Made by a program: the position numbers and the translations under genes. Below, piece by piece: positions 56,498 through 64,000 of a DNA stretch of 64,000 nt. This stretch comes from Diplonema japonicum (taxonomy: Eukaryota > Protista > Euglenozoa: Diplonemea). Numbering within the stretch: the first letter of the stretch is position 1; each line of letters opens with the position of its first letter. A model generated the notes under the pieces. The model was not told where the DNA came from. It saw only the letters and a program-made list of their open reading frames with translations, and searched no databases. The stretch lies in the NCBI GenBank assembly GCA_964019335.1, contig OZ025675.1:124001-188000 (forward strand). The letters are read 5' to 3'.

Positions 56498-57445
56498 TAT
56501 ATATATGAGTTAAAGGAAGTCTTTGTGAGACGCCCCCTTGTTCTCATGCTCTACCTGCACCTATCCCCCTTCAGCAGCGGTTTCTCCTTCTTCGGTGGTC
56601 GTGCCGGCCTCCTCCCCAGCTTGGCTACTTTTTCCCTTCTTTCCTTTGCCCATTGCTTCCCCAGCTCCTCCAGGTCGTACTTGGTCTTCGTTGATGCAAA
56701 GATTGCTCTTCTACTCCACCCGATCACCGCCTTCGTCCCTCCGATTGATCGCAGCGTATGTACTCTCTTGCATGGTTCAGCAGGGAAGGCCCTCCTTCCT
56801 TTCACCTTCTTCTGCAGTCTCCCTAGTTCCCATGTGTTCCACACCTTCTTCATCACCGTGTGCAGTCTCCTGGCCTTCTGTCGCACCTCTGCCAACTCCC
56901 CTAGCTTCCCTCCAAGGGATTTCTGGGTCACGTTTTCGAAATCCAGCGCCAGCTCCACCGTCGACACTGCCGTGCTTCTGTTCCCTCCATACCAGCGCAG
57001 CTGCTTGAGCCATTTCAGCACCGGCTTCGTGTACTCCTTCAGGGTGTTGCCGGTCTGCAGCCTCGCGAACTCCTCCTCTGTTGGTGCTGGGTGTGCCTCC
57101 CCCTCCGTGATCTCCAGCCATTGGTGTGTCCGGTAGATCTGCTGCCTCTTTGCCTGCAAGGCTGCGTCGCGTTCCCCCACCACAGCCAGCAGGTAACGCT
57201 GGGTCTTCTCGAGCCTGTCCTTGTCCTCCTTGGCCGCTTTCCCTCGGGAGGATGCCATGGAGCCTCATGCATGGTTCTAGGCCTGTTCGTGTCGTGCCTG
57301 CATGTGCCTCCCGTTGCCTTACTTCGACAGCCAGTTCGCACTCCCACAGTGCATGCTCCAGGATGTTGGATACCTGTTGCATCTGACCGCATACGTCGCA
57401 GCGTGCCGTTGCGGGTTCGTCCTGCTGCCTCTGCTCCGCCAGCAA
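56498..57445 (-). mobile_element. Longest 5'-truncated non-LTR retroelement end (family R1): CCHC knuckle, basic C-terminus, terminal hairpin
   Basis: RCDVCGQMQQVSNILEHALWECE (CCHC-type), frameshift, ORF ending KGDRCR* at 56551, hairpin 56505-56547, then (AT)n and a T-run on the sense strand. Confidence 0.82.
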
Positions 57446-57468
57446 AAAAACGAAAGCAAAAAAACGAA

Positions 57469-57506
<38 letters not shown>

Positions 57507-57510
57507 CCCT

Positions 57511-59925
57511 TCACCAGGTAGCAGACTGGGTGAAGGTCATCACCGAACGCCCCATCCGAATATTGCTCACAGCCCATTCCTGTACGTCATAAGGTTCTAT
57601 AATAGGACCTATCACTGGCTTTGTTTTTGGATCTGACAGGATCTGTTCAAGAGCTTCGCCCACAGGATCGTTAACCTCGGCACCTTCCAGCTGGTACATC
57701 CACTCCTCCTCGTTTAGTTCGATACTCCTCCCAAGCTCGTAAAGGAGCATTGTTTTCTTCACCCCGACGACCTTAAGCAAGGTGACGGCAAGGACTTTAA
57801 ACCTACCGAAAACGCCCTCTACGACAGCCTTTGGTGCCAAGGCAGTGGGTCTCATGAGCGATTTGCAAACAATATCCGCAGCGGCTGAGATACCTTTCAA
57901 CTCCAACAGAGCAGAGCCTCTCATCCCGAAACCCTTTTGTGTAGCAGACCCGAGGTTTCCAACAAGGAATGTCCCATGGGATACCGCTAAGGCAGGCTTT
58001 GCTATCTGTGTTACTCTAGGTGAGTCGGTCATCGCTTCACAGAAGGCGACGGCGCGGATCATGGACTCAGAGCAGCGGCTCCCCACATTCCATGTAAGGG
58101 TGAAGACGAGAGGTTCGGATACAGAGAACCCATGAGCGAGCCCTCTTGTTGCCTGTGCCGCCTCTTGCATCACCTCGACAAGTGTTCCAAAATTGTCCGG
58201 ATAGCCACTGTCACCCATGCATGCTGCGTAAGACAGCCTCACCACAGTGCCTCTGCAGTTCTGCAGCTGCATCGAGAGATTCTGACCTGCTGCTGGTGTT
58301 GCAACCGTTTTCGTCCTCGACCGAGTGTATGTGTCAATACTTGAGTTTTCCGTGCTCAGTTTGCCTTCGCTCACTTCCTCGTCAGTCTCGTTAACGAATA
58401 AAGTGCCAGGGAGGAAGGCCTTGTACTCCCTCAGGCCCTTGATCGCCATGAGTAACCCATCAGTGACACGGGCCACCTCCTGCACCATTATAGGTTTGTA
58501 CATCGACTTCATGTGTGTTTCTGCGCCGTCGAGATCCATCGTCTCAAGAAACCTGTTCCCAACAACAAGCTTCTCAAGTGGACGGGCGATCAGGGTCACC
58601 TCCAAAGCAGCAATGATAAGGTCGACCACGAAGATCACAACAGAGGCGATGATGAGCTGCACCAGTGCCGCGTACACCTTGTCGTTCACAGAGGACACGG
58701 AACGCATCCAGAGAAGCTCGAAAGTGGTGTCAGAGGCGGTGTAGACATGGGTGAGACGCAGGAAGTACTCCCCGCCGTCCAGCGATGTGTCAACGAAGTA
58801 GTCCTTCTTGTACAATGGGGTGGTCTTGTTCACATCAGAAGCAGCGAAGTACTCCCCGTACCGGATGTGGGTACGCATGTTTGTGGAGGAAAGATCTGCG
58901 GTGAAGAAGGTCCCTCGGGGTCGGACCTTGGAAGCATTCACAGCACTGGAAACAGTGGGGCCAAGTTCATTGGGGTGCAGGAGGCAGTCTGATCCTTGCA
59001 AATTAATGCAGTTGAAGCATCTCGTGTAACATTCGAACTTGATGGCAGGCCCAGTGTAAATGGTGTGCGCGAAGATCTTCCCAGCAGCTGAGTCGAGTGC
59101 CACAAGTTCTGTGTTCTCTGTTTCGAACTCACGGACAACAGTCGTCCACGGACGGTAGTTGAAAAAGTTCACTAAAACGATCTCATACCCTTGCAGCCAA
59201 GGGAGTGTGTGCCTGATGCGGTACTCGGTGTAGGCATAAGGGGACCCGTCCACAGCATTCCAGAAAAAGGTTGGGGACCACGATCCCTCGTAGGGCATTG
59301 TTCGCATCCAGCTCACCCAATGTTCTGTGTCCTCCTCCCACACTTGACGATACACATCAGGGGCAAAGACACCTGTGTCGTTGTCCAGCGCCACGAACTC
59401 TCTGATCCACTCCACCCCACCAGTTGAGTTCCTGACACCGTAGGAGTCTCCATGGAGCCAGTACTTGGCATCATCGCCATTGGAGGCAACGACAGGGTCG
59501 TACCACACGTACTGCCTCCCGAACCACTCAGGGTCACTCCAAGGTGCAGCACACGTCGCGCACGAGGGGTCGTACTGCTTCGCGAGGTAGTACCCGCCTC
59601 CATAGCCCCACTCTGTGGAACGGAGTGCTGCAAAGTACTGTGCAGCGTAGGTGATACGTATGCTGTCCAGCCCCAGCGAGATGTTCATGGCATCCGCTCT
59701 GTTGAAGAGGAGGACTGCCTCGCGTGAGCCAGCCACCACATCGTCCAGCATCCCTGCCAGCCGAAGCCCTGCACTCTTCGACGCCGCTGCACTGTTGTCG
59801 TCCACAGCAGAGCGAAGGACCGAGATACTCTCCGCGTACAGTAGATACCCTGCCAGGAGGGAGATGAAGGTGGACACAATCGTTGAGACAGAAATGATCA
59901 GCTTCGATGGGACGTGGACCGGCAT
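57511..59925 (-). CDS. Family A receptor with a second, diverged dead cyclase-like tail (A5)
   Basis: ATG at 59925 (MPVHVPSK). Ectodomain near-identical to A2 and A4. Tail homologous to but clearly diverged from A2/A3; EEEWMYQLEG retained. Confidence 0.9.
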   Translation of the reverse strand: MPVHVPSKLIISVSTIVSTFISLLAGYLLYAESISVLRSAVDDNSAAASKSAGLRLAGMLDDVVAGSREAVLLFNRADAMNISLGLDSIRITYAAQYFAALRSTEWGYGGGYYLAKQYDPSCATCAAPWSDPEWFGRQYVWYDPVVASNGDDAKYWLHGDSYGVRNSTGGVEWIREFVALDNDTGVFAPDVYRQVWEEDTEHWVSWMRTMPYEGSWSPTFFWNAVDGSPYAYTEYRIRHTLPWLQGYEIVLVNFFNYRPWTTVVREFETENTELVALDSAAGKIFAHTIYTGPAIKFECYTRCFNCINLQGSDCLLHPNELGPTVSSAVNASKVRPRGTFFTADLSSTNMRTHIRYGEYFAASDVNKTTPLYKKDYFVDTSLDGGEYFLRLTHVYTASDTTFELLWMRSVSSVNDKVYAALVQLIIASVVIFVVDLIIAALEVTLIARPLEKLVVGNRFLETMDLDGAETHMKSMYKPIMVQEVARVTDGLLMAIKGLREYKAFLPGTLFVNETDEEVSEGKLSTENSSIDTYTRSRTKTVATPAAGQNLSMQLQNCRGTVVRLSYAACMGDSGYPDNFGTLVEVMQEAAQATRGLAHGFSVSEPLVFTLTWNVGSRCSESMIRAVAFCEAMTDSPRVTQIAKPALAVSHGTFLVGNLGSATQKGFGMRGSALLELKGISAAADIVCKSLMRPTALAPKAVVEGVFGRFKVLAVTLLKVVGVKKTMLLYELGRSIELNEEEWMYQLEGAEVNDPVGEALEQILSDPKTKPVIGPIIEPYDVQEWAVSNIRMGRSVMTFTQSATW

Positions 59926-62900
59926 TTTCTTTTCCTTTTCTTCTTTTTTTCTTTTCTTTTCTTCCAACAGCTGAGTATTAGGTTAGGGGGGGGGGGGGGA
60001 AGGGGGAGAAAGAAAAATACTATTCGAAAAAACGCCAGTGTGCAGGGGGCGATGCTTACATCTTCCATAACCGTACTTGCCGCTATCTCGAGGAGAAGGG
60101 TGGTCTCCCCCTCATGTGCCAAACGCCATCTCCAGTACCTACATTCGTATGGTCAAACCCTCAGCCCCTTGTGTTATGCTTTTGATGAGCTGCTTTAGAT
60201 ATGGTGGGGGGGGTTGTTAAAATAAGTTAAATATAAAAATATAAGAGGAGCCACAAAAAGAGAGAAAAAAAAAGAAGAAGAAAAAAAAGATATACAACAA
60301 AAAAAAAGAGATTAAAAAAAAATGCCGCCTGATGTCTTTTTGTTTTCACTTTTTTTTTTTTTTTCTTCTCTTCTTCTTTTTTTTCCTTTTTCCCTTCTCC
60401 CCTTCGTTTTTCTCGCGTGAAAGAGGAGCTGGGCCGTCTTTTTTTTTTTTAAATTCTTTTTATTAATGACGCAGCGATGGGTGTCACCCGAGAAGCAGGG
60501 GGGGGGGGAAGGAAAAAAAAGGGGGGTGAAAAAAAGGAAATGAGAAGGAGCGGGGCTAGAGGGGAACGGTAATGATTGGAAAAGAAAAAAAAATCACAAA
60601 CAAAACAGGACCTTGTGCATATAATAGAAGACACTGGGTATGCATCGACCATCAATTAGTTAAGAATTCCGATTCTTAATTAAGGCCCGTTTCTTGAAAG
60701 ACGCATTTTGCACTATTCTTGTTGGGTAGGCTCGGCAGCTGTTACGTTGAAGAAGATAAAGAATTCACTATGATGGGAAGGGGGGGGGGGGGGGAGAGAG
60801 AGAGAGAGAGTTATGACAATGGTTAAAGCCGAACAAAATAGCTGCAAAGCCAACTCTCCCATTAAATAAAAAAAAAAGAAAAAAGAAAGAAAGGAGTTCT
60901 TTTTCCGATAAAACAATTTTCATTTTTTTTTTTTTTTTTTTTTTTTCCTGCCAAAAAAAAAAAAAAAAAAAAAAAATTAAAAAAAAAAGTCTTGTCAAAC
61001 ACAAAGAAATACTGTTTTGCTTTTTTTTTTTTTTTTTTTCGCTTTCTTTGCCCCACGCGCAAAACATTAAAAAAAAAAAAAGAAAAAGTATAAGAAAATT
61101 AAAAAAAAAAAGGGGGAAGGAATTAAATTATAAAAAAGAGACTACTACCCCCTCCCTTTTCATCGCGAGCTTCAGGTTTGATTTGGCTGCAGCATCAAAG
61201 GGGAAACATGGGGTAGAAACCTGGAGAAGCTTAGAACCCGTACACGCTGGTGTCCCCCTTTGTTTTTTTTTTTTTTTTGTTGTTTGGCAACTCAAAGACT
61301 CGTTTCTTGCAAGGGAGGGGGGAAAAAAAAGAAGACCCTGTGTATTTGGTACTTTTCGATCTACATTTCCCTTTCTCTATGTAACGGCTTAGAAAAAGAA
61401 ATAAGAGAAGGGAGTGAGCGAGGTGGAGGGAAGGGGGAGGCTCTCAAGAATCTCTGTACTACTCCTGCAAGAATCTGACCAGCTCGTTGTTTATTGTTGA
61501 ATAAGAAAAAGAATTCATGATGGGAAAGGGGGGGGAAAGAAACGGCTTGGATGTGTTTATTCTTTCTTTCTTTTCTTTTTTTCTTTTTTTTTTGCTTAGC
61601 TTTTTTTTCTTTTTTTTGGGAGTCATTTCCGCATTTCTTCGTTGTTTCTCATTTTATTTTAAAATTATTATAACTTATAAACTTGTATTATGTGGTATTC
61701 CGTAGGTAAATATAAGGCTTTCTTGTTATTCTTCTTCTTTCTTTTTTTTTTCCTTTTTTTTTTCTTCCTTATTTTCTTGTTGAAGCCAAACGAGCAGACA
61801 AGTTTCTTACCATAACTTTTTTGGATTTGGGGGAGGGAGGTGTGTGGCTTGCTTTGTGGCCGCCACGTGACACGTTCGGGAAGAGATAAAATTCAAATTA
61901 ACATGCAAACTCCCTGAGACGAAAGCCGCATGCATAAACAAAAAAAAAAAAAAGAAAAAAGCAAAAAAAAACTTTTTTACGGAGAGGTTTTAGGCCCTCC
62001 AAGCACCCTTTTTAGCATTTTCCTTTTTCTTTCTTTTTTTTTTTTTCTTCTTTTTTTTTTTTTTTTTTAAAACCATCTACCAACGAGCGTCTATACATAG
62101 ACGATTTGAAAAAAAATATTTTGCGCAAAAAGACTTTTCAATGCAATACGGCCCGGCCACTTCTCGCTAGCCGGGGTCGTATTGCATTAATGCATGCGGT
62201 GTACAGCTCAACCCCAGCCGGGGTCTCAGGTAACCAAGATTCTGCGCTCGTGCAGTTTGCTCACCCTGAGCATCTGCTTTATGATCTTCCACTCGGGCGC
62301 TACCGGTGATGACCGACGAGGAGGTCAACAGCGACAACCACCACAAAAAAAAACGAAAAAAATAAAAAAAACGCCAGCCCAAATTTACCCTCGTCCCAAA
62401 CGTTATATTCGGGTCATTGTCTCGAAAAAATAACAAAGGCAAATGCGGGCGTAAGTTTTGAAAAATTACCTGGGGCAAAAAACAAATGGTCCGTTGGTAG
62501 ATGGTTAAAAAAAAAAAAAAAGAGAGATGAGATAAAGGAGGTCCCAGTCTTGGAACGTCCCCCTTGTCTCTACTTATCTACCCCTTTCTCCCTTCTGGGG
62601 CCTCGGCCTTTCTTTCTTTTTTGGCTGTGTTAAAAAAAAAAAAAAAAAGAAAAATGGCACTACACCGTTTATTTAAATACTGTGAAAAAAAAAAAAAAAA
62701 AGAAGTTCGGACTGACAAATGTCCAACCCGTGCACCGGCCTCCTCGCGCTCAGTCCTGTTGTCCCCTTTCTGGGGCCTTTGGCGGGGTTTCGACAGGCAT
62801 CTCGACTTCATTGTCTTCATTGAACACAGTAGAGTCGGCTCTGCAAGATTGCTTTCCTGTCTTACCCGTCTGTGGTACTGATGCAGCGCAGGAGACGCGC

Positions 62901-62984
62901 CAGGGAAAAAAAAGTTAAAAAATTAAAACACAGAAAACCGATTCTGGACGCAGGGCATCTTGCTTTTTTACAGTAATTAATAGC

Positions 62985-63118
62985 TATTTACTGCCAACAA
63001 GTAATGTTGTCATTACCGTTACCTCGAGGTTCCGCATTTTACCGTCGAGGGCCCGCAGGGCCCGAGATGGTAAAATGCGGAACCGAGAGGTCGGTAAAGC
63101 ATTACTTGGCGGTAGGTA
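62985..63118. repeat. ~130-bp imperfect hairpin
   Basis: TTACCG..ACCTC..GGTTCCGCATTTTACC..GGGCCC gca GGGCCC..GGTAAAATGCGGAACC..GAGGT.CGGTAA, with outer CAAGTAATG / CATTACTTG. Confidence 0.75.
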
Positions 63119-64000
63119 AGTGGTTTTATTTCACGACACTCTGAAATTACTTCACCACGAGGGGCACAACAGGGTGACAAGGGGTACAACAAGAGAGGGG
63201 TTACAAAGGTTACAATACAAGTTGTTTTTCCTCCTTTTGTTGACTAAGAGCTGCCGCTGTCGCTGGCATTGCCACTGTCACCATCTCTTATCAGGCCTTC
63301 CCATACCTAGCGCGGCCGCTGGCTCCTTTTTTTCTGCTGCTTCGGTATTTTGAAGTCTTTTGGGGTGCTTGGGTAAGCTGACTAAGTTACCCTTACCCAC
63401 AGAAGAGTTACCCACAGAAACTGGGAACAAGGCCAAAAGTGGGCAAATTGGGAGGAAAAAGTAGTCCAACTTGGAACTGAGCCGAGGCAAAAGTGGCCAA
63501 TTGAGCTGAACCTGGGGGGAAATAGCAAGCTGAGAGGAAAAAGTAGCCCCACTGGGAACCGAACCGAGGCAAAAATTGGCCTACCGAGGCATATTATTTA
63601 ACGGAAACCCCCTATTACTTCACGGAAAACAGGCCATTATTTCACCGTGAAGTAATGAGATTTAGCGTGAAGTAATGGGCCCCCCAGTGCGTGAAGTAAT
63701 TTCTGAAGAGTGAAATAAAAAAAAAAAAAAAAGGGGTAGCTGAAAAATCCTGCGCTTTACCGAAAGAAGGAAAAAAAAAATTCACTGTGATAGGAACGAA
63801 GTGGTTAGCAACGGCCCGCCAAGGAAAAAAAAAAAAAAAAAAAAGGAATTTTTTTTTCCCCTTTTTTTTTTCCTTTTTTTTTTTCTCCCCTTCTTTGTTT
63901 TAATTGACAGAATTAAACAAAAAAAAAGAAAATTGAATTTTTTGAGTTGTTTGTTTTTTTTTTTTTTTTTTCCTTTCTTTTTTTTTGAAAAAAATTTTAG

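Noticed and set aside
56505-56547. Reading TTAA|AGG in the R1 terminus as a Kolobok end
   Set aside because: Conservation extends outside the TTAA (ATATGAG), no matching inverted end exists, some variants have ATAA, and the attached ORF has a retroelement-type CCHC knuckle.
4253-59974. Many plus-strand and alternate-frame ORFs overlapping the large genes
   Set aside because: Shadow frames of GC-rich coding sequence. They recur only because the real genes are duplicated and show no recognisable domains.
60449-62000. Short Phe- or Lys-rich ORFs here and in other spacers
   Set aside because: Translations of A/T homopolymer tracts.
1-64000. tRNA, rRNA, spliced-leader RNA genes or telomeric repeats
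   Set aside because: None recognised by eye. A covariance-model search would be needed to exclude them formally.

Overview
Eukaryotic window. Gene organisation and gene families suggest a euglenozoan, probably diplonemid-like (inference). All 14 credible genes are intronless and on the minus strand, separated by A/T-homopolymer-rich spacers full of transposon debris. The core is a cluster of 11 membrane-bound class III nucleotide-cyclase receptors in two sensor architectures. Family A has two TM helices around a large ectodomain (5 genes); family B has a multi-pass N-terminus (6 genes). Each family has catalytically complete members (3 in total) and catalytically dead pseudo-cyclases (8 in total). 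Ectodomains, output domains and the catalytic core have been swapped or homogenised between paralogues in near-identical nucleotide blocks, so essentially the same sensor drives either an active or a dead output. Other genes: an alpha2delta/CACHD1-like VWA-dCache protein with an intact amino-acid-binding motif, a Ser/Thr kinase fused to an apparently circularly permuted microbial-type PARG macrodomain, and a ubiquitin-like/BspA-LRR protein. A tandem segmental duplication left decayed kinase and LRR copies. Mobile DNA includes piggyBac relics, Sola- and Kolobok-like TIR elements, nested MITEs, long palindromes, and many 5'-truncated retroelement ends. These ends finish in a covarying RNA hairpin followed by T-runs rather than poly(A), and are co-oriented with the genes.
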